Positions 40,101 to 47,478 of a DNA stretch of 64,000 bases are shown here, piece after piece. The stretch spans positions 256,001 to 320,000 of the forward strand of contig CAVYBU010000007.1 of assembly GCA_963766735.1 (NCBI GenBank). The letters are read 5' to 3'. The position numbers were made by a program, and so were the translations under genes. Source of the stretch: an uncultured Chloroflexia bacterium. Lineage in GTDB: Bacteria; Chloroflexota; Limnocylindria; Limnocylindrales; CSP1-4. Numbering within the stretch: the stretch's first letter is position 1; every line of letters begins with the position of its first letter. Below the pieces are notes generated by a model. It saw only the letters and a list, made by a program, of their open reading frames with translations, was not told where the DNA came from and made no database searches.

Positions 40101-40930
40101 TCGACCATCTCGGCGATGCGCCGGGAGTTGAGCAGGGCATCCCGCTGGTCCGGGAACAGCCGCTGCATCTCGGCGGCCGTCTTGAGGTAGAACTCCTGGC
40201 CCTCGAACCGCATCCGGTTCTGGGTGTCGATGTTGTTCCCGGTACCGACGCAGAGCAGGACGTCATGTGCCTCGTGCTGCTCCGGGTGGACGTAGTGCAG
40301 GTCATTGGTGACGACCAGCGGCAGGCCGGTCTCCGGCGCCAGGCGGAGCAGCTGCTCGTTCAGGCGACGCTGCTCCGGGATGCCGTGGTCCTGGAGCTCC
40401 AGGAAGAAGCGGTCCTTGCCCAGGATGTCGCCGTACTCGCCCGCCAGCTTGCGGGCGAGCTCCCAGTCCTCGGCCTCGAGCGCCTTGGGGATCTCGCCGC
40501 CCAGGCAGGCGCTGAGGCCCACCAGACCCTGGCTGTGCTTCGCGAGGTGCTCGCGGTCGATGCGGGGCTTGTAGTAGTAGCCGTCGATGTGGGCGTCCGT
40601 GACCAGGCGGCACAGGTTCTGGTAGCCGGTCATGTCGGTCGCCAGCAGGACCAGGTGGAAGGGCTGGCTGTCGGCCTTGCCCTCCTTGTCGGTCATCGAC
40701 CGCCGCGCGACGTAGGTCTCCACCCCGATGATCGGCCTGATGCCCGCCTTGGTCGCCGCCTGGTAGAAAGCGACCGAGCCGTAGAGGGCTCCGTGGTCAG
40801 TGACGGCGAGCGAATCGAACCCGTGGCGGCCGGCTGTATCGACGAGGTCGGTGATCCGGCCGAGCCCGTCGAGCAGGCTGAACTCCGAGTGGGTGTGGAG
40901 GTGGACGAAGTCGTTCGGGGCGATGGTCAC
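37172..40930 (-). CDS. dnaE: DNA polymerase III alpha subunit
   Basis: FVHLHTHSEFSLLDG PHP domain, RGSAPGS, FERFLNPDRVTMPDIDVDF, YGFNKAHA, OB fold. Confidence 0.97.
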   Translation of the reverse strand: MTIAPNDFVHLHTHSEFSLLDGLGRITDLVDTAGRHGFDSLAVTDHGALYGSVAFYQAATKAGIRPIIGVETYVARRSMTDKEGKADSQPFHLVLLATDMTGYQNLCRLVTDAHIDGYYYKPRIDREHLAKHSQGLVGLSACLGGEIPKALEAEDWELARKLAGEYGDILGKDRFFLELQDHGIPEQRRLNEQLLRLAPETGLPLVVTNDLHYVHPEQHEAHDVLLCVGTGNNIDTQNRMRFEGQEFYLKTAAEMQRLFPDQRDALLNSRRIAEMVDLKLPLGDLRIPHFPVPDGETVETWLRKECEAGLVRRYGVITPALQQRLDYELGVIISMGYAGYFLIVADFVRFARQEGIATTCRGSAPGSIVTYTLGITPVDPLHYDLPFERFLNPDRVTMPDIDVDFEDERRDEVINYVSRKYGQDHVAQIITFGTMLARAAIRDVGRVLGMSYGDVDRIAKAVPNQLGIKLEEALQLSPQLKEMHDGDPQIGKLIGLAKQLEGVARNASTHAAGVVISREPLTELMPLQKATNSDALMTQYEMHGIEALGLLKFDFLGLSNLTILRKAVDLIKEDRDIAVDLDNIPLDDSKTFDLLASGETTGVFQLESAGMRRYVKELQPTSVFDLAAMVALYRPGPMDNIPAYIRRKHGQEPVTYLHPLLEPFLNRTYGIFVYQEDIMSAAIALGGFSGPEADMLGYAIRKKKRAVLQSMRETFVERAAERGVPAKTIDAVFKAFEPFERYGFNKAHATCYGLIAYQTAYLKANYTVEYMTSVLSAFRDNAEKVAAAIAECRRLGIEVRTPDVHESGLGFTVEGDAIRFGLLAVKNVGEGAIESIIKAREEGGEFRSLTDFCTRVDLRLTNRKVLESLAKVGALNVLGHPAQILMGLDDALAAGQAAQRDRISGQTSLFDMTGDESSTLERPLPSTPETPVRERLRWEKELMGLYLSDHPMGEVAERVGQFVTAYSGDLKDESLDGQRVVLGGIVTGIRSVLTKSKSMMAVVTLEDLQGTLEVVVFPKTYEQTVGTWRDGAILLVAGRVDHRGDEASLLADSVWDWDAVADRGPEAFAKDVGSLDKRAARRGGGAPGGSGVGARGGGNGNGARDNGNGSGANGRGGGPLRPAEPVPTYAEPPGATGLEGTDEPESPPLPDEQRSRAAAANDAPSRPVEAAPGAVLNIRFARGAATDRVLAAMQAFKGVLRERPGATRVIVHVPAPGGSALPMELRGVAYDAELVAEVRRRVGEGVIDLQLA

Positions 40931-41030
40931 GGGACGTCCATGGTAGCCCGGCGGCGGGCACCGGGCCTGGTGCCCGGCGCGGCGCCGGCCTGATGCCATG
41001 GACCGGAGCAGCCTGCGCCACAATGTCACG

Positions 41031-41945
41031 ATGCGCCCGACACTGCGGTTCCAGGTCCTCTGTCTTCCCAACGTCCCCTGGAGAGTGCTGAAGGAGCGGT
41101 TCGTCCGGCTCGAGCAGCTCGGCATCGAGGTGGCGGCGCTGCCGGACCATTTCGTCGACTGGACGAATCCGCCGAGCCCCTGGTTCGAGTCCTGGACGGC
41201 GCTCACAGGCCTGGCTGCCGCCACGACAAGCATCCGGCTGTCCAGCTGTGTGACGCAGATCCCGTTCCGGAACCCGGCGATGTTCGCCCGCCAGGCGATG
41301 ACGCTCGACCACATCTCGCAGGGCAGGCTCGAGATCGGCCTTGGGACCGGCCTCGCGGGCGACCCGTCCTACGCCATGATCGGCGTCCCGGACTGGGAGC
41401 CCAAGGAACGCGTCGGGCGGCTCGTGGAATACGTCGAGATCGTGGATCGACTGCTGCGCGATGAGGTCACGTCGTTCGGCGGCGACTTCTACAGGGTGAA
41501 CGGGGCGATCATGAGCCCGCGACCCGTCCAGTCGCCGCGGCCCCCGATCTCGGTTGCGGCCTTGGGGCCCGTGATGATGCGGCATGCCGCGCGGCTTGCG
41601 GACACCTGGAACAGCCTGTCGTTCCTCGAATCGTTCGACGCCCAGTTGGAAGAGACGCAGCGTCGCTCCGAGTCGATGAACGAGTACTGCGATGCGCTCG
41701 GGCGCGAGCCCGCGACGCTTCGGCGTTCCTACACGATGTACGACGCCAAGGCCCGCCCACGGGGGGGCTGGTACGAGTACTACGACTCGGTGGATCGCTT
41801 CGAGGAGATGGCGGGTCGGATCATCGACCTCGGGATGGACGAGATCGTGCTCTACTACCCGCCGGACGAGCGGCAGCTGCCGATATTCGAGCGGATCGCC
41901 GCGGACGTGCTGCCCCGACTCCGGGGGCGCCGGGCTGGCGCCTGA
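41031..41945 (+). CDS. LLM-class flavin-dependent oxidoreductase
   Basis: PDHF, ESWTALTGLAAATTSIRL, FRNPAMFARQAMTLDHISQGRLEIGLGTG, PRPVQSPRPPI. Confidence 0.88.
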   Translation: MRPTLRFQVLCLPNVPWRVLKERFVRLEQLGIEVAALPDHFVDWTNPPSPWFESWTALTGLAAATTSIRLSSCVTQIPFRNPAMFARQAMTLDHISQGRLEIGLGTGLAGDPSYAMIGVPDWEPKERVGRLVEYVEIVDRLLRDEVTSFGGDFYRVNGAIMSPRPVQSPRPPISVAALGPVMMRHAARLADTWNSLSFLESFDAQLEETQRRSESMNEYCDALGREPATLRRSYTMYDAKARPRGGWYEYYDSVDRFEEMAGRIIDLGMDEIVLYYPPDERQLPIFERIAADVLPRLRGRRAGA

Positions 41946-41992
41946 CGGATCGGCTCCGGCCACCGAAGACCCGTCCACCGGCTGGGCGCGCC

Positions 41993-42330
41993 TTGGACAT
42001 CGACCGGCTGGACGAGCTCGCTTCGAAGTCGACCGGTTGGCAGAAGGCGAACCGATTGCGGGTCGCCGCCCTGGCCCGCGCCGCCGCCGGAAACCTGGAA
42101 GCGGCGGAGACGCAGGCTCGAGCGGCAGTGGATGGGATCGCGAGCACGGATCTGGTCTTGTTCCATGCGGATGCCCAGCTGACCCCGGGCGACGTGCTGC
42201 GCTCTGCCGGTCGTCCTGCCGAGGAGGGTGAGGCCTTCCGGGAGGCACTCGATCCCTAACGGCAGAAGGGCAGCCTCGTGGGGGTCCAGACGGTGGAGGC
42301 CCGGCTGGCCGGCTGGCCGGACTCACGGCA
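41993..42330 (+). pseudogene. Remnant resembling the TPR-like C-terminus of large adenylate cyclase/AAA-ATPase proteins
   Basis: RVAALARAAAGNLEAAETQARAAV...STDLVLFHADAQL..GDVLRSAGRPAE..EAFREALDP*RQKGSLVG...EARLA. The similarity (recalled, not searched) appears to continue past the TAA at 42257; there is no credible start or RBS. Confidence 0.5.
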
Positions 42331-42473
42331 GGGCCTGTCGTCGAGGTGACAGTTGGATGGTCACAATGTGTCTTTACCCCGGACGCGACAAGGCCCATTC
42401 TGTGCAGCACAAGCGGCGAAGCGCTTGATCCCGAACCAGAAGGGTCGGGACGGCCAGACCAGAGGAGCGTCCC

Positions 42474-43190
42474 ATGACGACCGAGATGATCCCTGAGGGC
42501 GGCGAGTCCATCGCCCGCCACGCCGACGAGAACGACGTCGAGGGCCACAGGCTGGCCAAGACCGGCGCGATCCCGGACGAGAACGACGTCGAGGGCCACA
42601 GGCTGGCCAAGACCGGCGCGATCCCGGACGAGAACGACGTCGAGGGCCACAGGCTGGCCAAGACCGGCGCGATCCCGGACGAGGACGACGTCGAGGGCCA
42701 CAGGCTGGCCAAGACCGGCGCGATCCCGGACGAGGACGACGTCGAGGGCCACAGGCTGGCCAAGAGCGGCGCGACCCCGGACGAGGACGACGTCGAGGGC
42801 CACAGGCTGGCCAAGACCGGCGCGACCCCGGACGAGGACGACGTCGAGGGCCACAGGCTGGCCAAGAGCGGCGCGACCCCGGACGAGGACGACGTCGAGG
42901 GCCACAGGCTGGCCAAGAGCGGCGCGACCCCGGACGAGGACGACGTCGAGGGCCACAGGCTGGCCAAGACCGGCGCGACCCCGGACGAGGACGACGTCGA
43001 GGGCCACAGGCTGGCCAAGAGCGGCGCGACCCCGGACGAGGACGACGTCGAGGGCCACAGCATCGGCTACGGGAGCCCGAGGTTGGCCGGCGATGTCTAC
43101 AAGGTGCGCGAGCGGGAGATCCAGCGAGGAATGGCCCGCGGCTCGATCCTCCGCGACGCCAAGATGGTGATCAAGCGCAGGAAGCCCTGA
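42474..43190 (+). CDS. DVEGH tandem-repeat protein (candidate multi-core peptide precursor)
   Basis: GAGGAG RBS; 17-aa leader + 10 x DE(N/D)DVEGHRLAK(T/S)GA(I/T)P + DEDDVEGH + 43-aa basic tail. Confidence 0.85.
   Translation: MTTEMIPEGGESIARHADENDVEGHRLAKTGAIPDENDVEGHRLAKTGAIPDENDVEGHRLAKTGAIPDEDDVEGHRLAKTGAIPDEDDVEGHRLAKSGATPDEDDVEGHRLAKTGATPDEDDVEGHRLAKSGATPDEDDVEGHRLAKSGATPDEDDVEGHRLAKTGATPDEDDVEGHRLAKSGATPDEDDVEGHSIGYGSPRLAGDVYKVREREIQRGMARGSILRDAKMVIKRRKP
42525..43058 (+). repeat. 51-bp in-frame tandem repeat, about 10.5 copies
   Basis: GACGAG(A/G)ACGACGTCGAGGGCCACAGGCTGGCCAAGA(C/G)CGGCGCGA(T/C)CCCG with three variable positions. Confidence 0.97.
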
Positions 43191-43211
43191 CGTTCGTCCA
43201 TGGGTTCCTCC

Positions 43212-43247
43212 GAACACGGGCGGAGTCGCAAGACCCCGCCCGTGTTC
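43212..43247 (+). terminator. Strong stem-loop after the repeat gene (terminator or mRNA stabiliser)
   Basis: GAACACGGGCGG-A-GTC-GCAA-GAC-C-CCGCCCGTGTTC with a GNRA tetraloop; no long U-tract. Confidence 0.65.
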
Positions 43248-43374
43248 TGCGTCTGCCGCCTGGACGGCAACGGCCCGGGTGCATCGCCGGCCCATACAAG
43301 CGTTGCGCAGCGGTCTGCGCGCCGCTAGCATTCGGCGCGGTATCCGGCGCCACGGACTGAGGAAGGGACCGAAC

Positions 43375-44079
43375 GTGACAGCGACCGCGCGGACCACCGC
43401 CGTCGATGCGCTGCGGCGCTGCGCCCTCTTCTCACGGGTAGACGATCAAACGCTGGCCGTCTGCATCAACTCGCTCCGGACACGCCAGTATCGGCGCAAC
43501 GAGACGATCTTCCACCAGGGAGACGCGGGAGACTCCCTTTACATCATCGAGGTGGGTACCGTGAAGATCGTGCTGCCCTCGCCGGAAGGTGAAGGCGAAG
43601 CCATCATCGCGACGTTGGGCCCGGGTGACTTCTTCGGCGAGCTGGCGTTGCTCGACGGCGCCGAACGCTCGGCCACTGCGATCGCCCATCAGGCGACGAC
43701 AGCCCTCGTCCTCCGGCGGGACGCATTCGGCCAGCTGATCGACACCGTTCCCGCGCTGCGCCACGACCTCCTGGCAGGGTTGGCCGCTGAGCTGCGCCGG
43801 CTGACCCACCACGTTGGGGAGCTCTACTTCCTCGACCTGCCCGGCAGGCTGGCGCTCCTGATCGTGCGCCTCGCCCGCGACGTGGATCCCAAGCCGACCG
43901 GACCCGTGACGCTCAACTGGAGCTTCTCCCAGTCGGAGCTCGCGGGGATGATTGGCGGGACGCGACAGACAGTGAACCGGCTCCTCGGCGAATTCACGGC
44001 CGAGGGCATGATCAAGATCGAGAACGACACGCTCATCGTGCCCGACGTGGACCGCCTCGAGCGGGCGGCCGCACGCTGA
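43375..44079 (+). CDS. Crp/Fnr family transcriptional regulator (cNMP-binding)
   Basis: IFHQGDAGDSLYII..GTVKI, GDFFGELALLDGAERSATAIA phosphate-binding cassette, SQSELAGMIGGTRQTVNRLL HTH. Confidence 0.93.
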   Translation: MTATARTTAVDALRRCALFSRVDDQTLAVCINSLRTRQYRRNETIFHQGDAGDSLYIIEVGTVKIVLPSPEGEGEAIIATLGPGDFFGELALLDGAERSATAIAHQATTALVLRRDAFGQLIDTVPALRHDLLAGLAAELRRLTHHVGELYFLDLPGRLALLIVRLARDVDPKPTGPVTLNWSFSQSELAGMIGGTRQTVNRLLGEFTAEGMIKIENDTLIVPDVDRLERAAAR

Positions 44080-44098
44080 GCGGCCGCGGCCAGATCCG

Positions 44099-44926
44099 AT
44101 GACCGAGCCAGAAGCCGGCCCGCGGCGTCGCTCACCGGCGTTCGATCGGGATGCGCGTGCGGCCCTCGAGGCGATCGGCCGCCGCGCCGAGATCGCGCGC
44201 CGGCTCGAGCTGGGGAGCGCCGATGCCGTCCTTCGATCCGTGGTGGAGGCGGCGGTAGCGATGTTCGAAGCGGAGGCGGCATCCATCGCGCTCTACGAGC
44301 CGGCCCGCAACCTGCTCGTCTTCCGGGTCGCGGCGGGGGTGCAGGGCCAGGGCGTCGTTGGACTCGAGATCACGCCTGACCAGGGTCTCGTGGGGTACGT
44401 CTTCTCGAGCGGGCAGGCGCTCGCGATCGCGGACGTTCGAGCGGATCCCCGCTTCGGCCGGAGCTTCGCCGAACGGACGGAGTACGTACCGCGCAGCATC
44501 GTGGCGGTGCCGCTGCTGGACGAGCGCGGCACGCTCGGCGTGCTCGAGGTGCTCGACAAGCGGAGCGAGGCGAGCTTCTCCCTCCGGGATGTCGAGCTGG
44601 CGGGCGTCTTCGCGCGGCAGGCGACGGTCGCCATCCGGTCCAGCCGCGTCGAACGCGAGACGGCGATGCTGCTGCGATCCGTGATCGGTGCGCTCGCCGG
44701 CGGCGAGGCACCCACGGACGGCGTTGAGGCGCTCGTTGCCGCCGCGCTCGCCGACATTGATGACCCGGACGACCCGCTGTGGCCGCTCGTCGAGCAGGTC
44801 GCAGCGCTCCGCGGGTCCGGTCCAGAGCAGCGAGAGCTGCTCGGCGCCTTGCTCAACGTCCTCGTTCGCCAGACCGAACGTGGCCACGGGCGACGCGGTG
44901 GACGCCTTCGCGCGCCCGGCAGATGA
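44099..44926 (+). CDS. Stand-alone GAF-domain protein
   Basis: AEAASIALY...LVFRVAAG...GLVGYVFSSGQALAIADVRADPRF...RSIVAVPL...LGVLEVLDK...FSLRDVEL. Confidence 0.9.
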   Translation: MTEPEAGPRRRSPAFDRDARAALEAIGRRAEIARRLELGSADAVLRSVVEAAVAMFEAEAASIALYEPARNLLVFRVAAGVQGQGVVGLEITPDQGLVGYVFSSGQALAIADVRADPRFGRSFAERTEYVPRSIVAVPLLDERGTLGVLEVLDKRSEASFSLRDVELAGVFARQATVAIRSSRVERETAMLLRSVIGALAGGEAPTDGVEALVAAALADIDDPDDPLWPLVEQVAALRGSGPEQRELLGALLNVLVRQTERGHGRRGGRLRAPGR

Positions 44927-45750
44927 GCGATCAGCTCCTCCCCGCCTGGAGCGAACCGTTCGTCGGCGCTGGGCGGGACACGTTGCGCCGGCTCCCGCCC
45001 CTTGGGATCCTGGACCGCAACTGGGCGATCGGCGGCAGCGACGGGAGCGGTGTCACGGTCGCGATCATCGACTCCGGCGTAGAGCGGGATCATCCCGCCG
45101 TCGGTGGGAAGCTGGTCCGTAGCGTCAGGGTGGAGCTGGCCGCAGACCCGGACGACGACCCGGTCGTGCTTGAGGACGAGGAAGCACTGGACGTGGTGGG
45201 CCACGGGACTGCGTGCGCCGGGATCATCCACGCCATTGCGCCCGGCGCCGACCTCGTGTCGGTCCGTGTCCTTGGGCCGGACAACCGCGGCAAGGGGATC
45301 GTCTTTGCGGCCGGCGTCGACTGGGCAATTGACCAGGGTGTCGGGGTGATGAACCTGTCGCTCTCCTCCAAGAGCGAGGCGCTCTTCGGTACCTTCCACG
45401 ACCTGGCGGATCGGGCCTACTTTGCGAATGCGCTCCTGGTCTGCGCGGCCAACAACGTCCCCGGCAACAGCTACCCGTCGCTCTTCGCCTCGGTCGTCTC
45501 TGTCGCCGCCCACGACCTCCCCGAACCCGCAGCGTGGTTCTACAACCCGCGCCCGCCGGTGGAGTTCGGGGCGTTCGGCCTGGACGTGGACGTCGCGTGG
45601 CGCGACGGGAGCCGGATCACGGCAACCGGCAACAGCTTCGCGGCACCCCACATCGCGGGGTACGCGACCCTCATCCGGGCGAAGCACCCGGACGTGACCC
45701 CGTTCGAGGTGAAGGCCATCCTCGCCGCGATCGCCACGGAGACCCGGTAG
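44923..45750 (+). CDS. S8 (subtilisin-like) serine peptidase without signal peptide
   Basis: Catalytic triad motifs VAIIDSG, GHGTACAGII, GNSFAAPHIAG; ATGA overlap with the GAF gene stop. Confidence 0.93.
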   Translation: MSDQLLPAWSEPFVGAGRDTLRRLPPLGILDRNWAIGGSDGSGVTVAIIDSGVERDHPAVGGKLVRSVRVELAADPDDDPVVLEDEEALDVVGHGTACAGIIHAIAPGADLVSVRVLGPDNRGKGIVFAAGVDWAIDQGVGVMNLSLSSKSEALFGTFHDLADRAYFANALLVCAANNVPGNSYPSLFASVVSVAAHDLPEPAAWFYNPRPPVEFGAFGLDVDVAWRDGSRITATGNSFAAPHIAGYATLIRAKHPDVTPFEVKAILAAIATETR

Positions 45751-45824
45751 GCGTCGCCCCTCACGGACCCCACGGCCGGTCGCCCGCCGGGGATGCTGCG
45801 GGCAACCGCCATCGGCGGGAGCGC

Positions 45825-46583
45825 CTACTGCGCCGTCCAGCCCCCGTCGACCGGCAGGATCGTGCCCGTCACCAGGCCCGACGCACGGGACGACAGAAAG
45901 ACCACCGCGGCCGCGACGTCGGCTGTCGTGCCGACCCGGCCGACGGGGATCCGGTCGAGGACCTCGGCCAGGAAGACCGGGTCGTCGAGCCGCTCGGCCG
46001 TGCCGGGCGTGTAGATGAAGGTGGGCGCGATCGCGTTGACCGTCACGCCGTGCGGCGCCCACTCGAGGGCGAGGACCTTGGTCAGGAGGTTCACGCCACC
46101 CTTGCTCGCGGAGTAGACCGCGTGGCGCCGGATGCCGACGAGCCCGGCCTGCGAGCTGAGGTTGACGACGCGTCCGTAGCCCCTCTCCACCATGTGGCGG
46201 CCGACGGCCTGACTGGTGAAGAACAGGCCCTTGAGGTTGACGTTCATCATCCCGTCCCAGTCGGCCTCGGTCACGTCGATCGCGTCGTGGTTCGCCCCCA
46301 GGCCCGCGTTGTTGACCAGGATGTCGATCCGGCCGTGCGTCGCGACCGCGGCGTCGACCGCCGCGCGAGTACCCCCGACATCGGTGACGTCGAGCCGGAT
46401 CGGCTCCACGCGACCCCCGTCCGGCGCGGCCCAGACGACATCGGTCGCGTCCGTGTCACGAATGCCGGCGAGGACGTGCGCGCCGCAGGCCGCCAGGGCC
46501 CGCGCGAGGTCACGGCCGATCCCCCGCCCCGCGCCGGTCACCAGGGCAACCTGCCCGGTCAGATCAAAGTCCGGTCGCTGCAT
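45825..46583 (-). CDS. SDR-family oxidoreductase
   Basis: VTGAGRGIG, NNAG, YSASK, VNAIAP, VDGG. Confidence 0.92.
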   Translation of the reverse strand: MQRPDFDLTGQVALVTGAGRGIGRDLARALAACGAHVLAGIRDTDATDVVWAAPDGGRVEPIRLDVTDVGGTRAAVDAAVATHGRIDILVNNAGLGANHDAIDVTEADWDGMMNVNLKGLFFTSQAVGRHMVERGYGRVVNLSSQAGLVGIRRHAVYSASKGGVNLLTKVLALEWAPHGVTVNAIAPTFIYTPGTAERLDDPVFLAEVLDRIPVGRVGTTADVAAAVVFLSSRASGLVTGTILPVDGGWTAQ

Positions 46584-46650
46584 CGAGCGTTCCTCCGTCT
46601 CGCCCACGACATGGGTCGCACACACCAGATTGTGGGGCCTGGCGGCTCCC

Positions 46651-47478
46651 TCAGCCAACGCCGCGCGCGTCCAGCACCCGGCCCCAGTGGAACAGCCGAA
46701 CCGCGACCAGGACCCCGAATGCCGCCATCACCAGCATCGCCGCCGCGGCAATCGACGCGTCCAGGGCGCCGCCCTGGAACTCACCGTAGACAACCAGGGG
46801 GAGCGTCTGGGTCCGGCCCATCACGTTGCCGGCAAACATGATCGTGGCGCCGAACTCCCCCAGCGCCCGGGCCCAGCACATCGTCAGCCCCCCGGCCAGG
46901 GCGGCGCCGGCCAGCGGCGTTGTGATCGTGCGGAACAGCTGGCGCTCCGACGCACCGTCAACCCTGGCCGCATCCTCCAGGTCCCGATCCACGCCCGCGA
47001 GCCCTGTCCGGGCGGACCGGATGAAGAACGGCGCCGACACGAATGTCTGGGCGAGGACCACGGCGACCATCGTGAACGACACGGAGATGCCGAGCTCGTG
47101 GAGCGGGGCCCCAAGCAGCCCCAGCCGTCCGAAGACCAGCAGCAGCGCCAGGCCGGCGACCGATGGCGGCAGCACGATCGGCAGGTCCACGATCGCCTCC
47201 ACGAGCCCTTTGCCCCGGAACCGCCATCGGGCCAGCACGAAGGCGAGCGGCAATCCCATGACCACGGTGATGGTCAGGCTGATCGCGGTCGTCACGAGGC
47301 TCAGGACGAGCGCGTCCAGGACCACCGGCGACCCGAGAGCGTGGACGAGCGATCCGTCGAGGATCGCCCGTGCCACGAGGGTGACGACGGGCAGACCCAG
47401 GAACAGCGCGAACAGAGCCGCGAGAGCCGCGAGCGTGCGCGTGCCCCAGCCTCCCCGGACCTGCGTCATGTGGGTCAT
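46651..47478 (-). CDS. modB: Molybdate ABC transporter permease
   Basis: DLPIVLPPSVAGLALL, EDAARVDGAS, WARALGEFGATIMFAGN..GRTQTLPL. Confidence 0.9.
   Translation of the reverse strand: MTHMTQVRGGWGTRTLAALAALFALFLGLPVVTLVARAILDGSLVHALGSPVVLDALVLSLVTTAISLTITVVMGLPLAFVLARWRFRGKGLVEAIVDLPIVLPPSVAGLALLLVFGRLGLLGAPLHELGISVSFTMVAVVLAQTFVSAPFFIRSARTGLAGVDRDLEDAARVDGASERQLFRTITTPLAGAALAGGLTMCWARALGEFGATIMFAGNVMGRTQTLPLVVYGEFQGGALDASIAAAAMLVMAAFGVLVAVRLFHWGRVLDARGVG

Noticed and set aside
37172-40930. Intein in dnaE
   Set aside because: Polymerase motifs are continuous with no intein-like insertion; the extra length is a Gly/Pro-rich C-terminal linker.
42346-42365. Canonical CRP site (TGTGA-N6-TCACA)
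   Set aside because: Half-site spacing is too long; reported only as a non-canonical dyad.
42525-43058. 51-bp tandem array as a CRISPR array
   Set aside because: Units are contiguous with no unique spacers, the period is a multiple of 3 within an ORF that has an RBS, and no cas genes are present.
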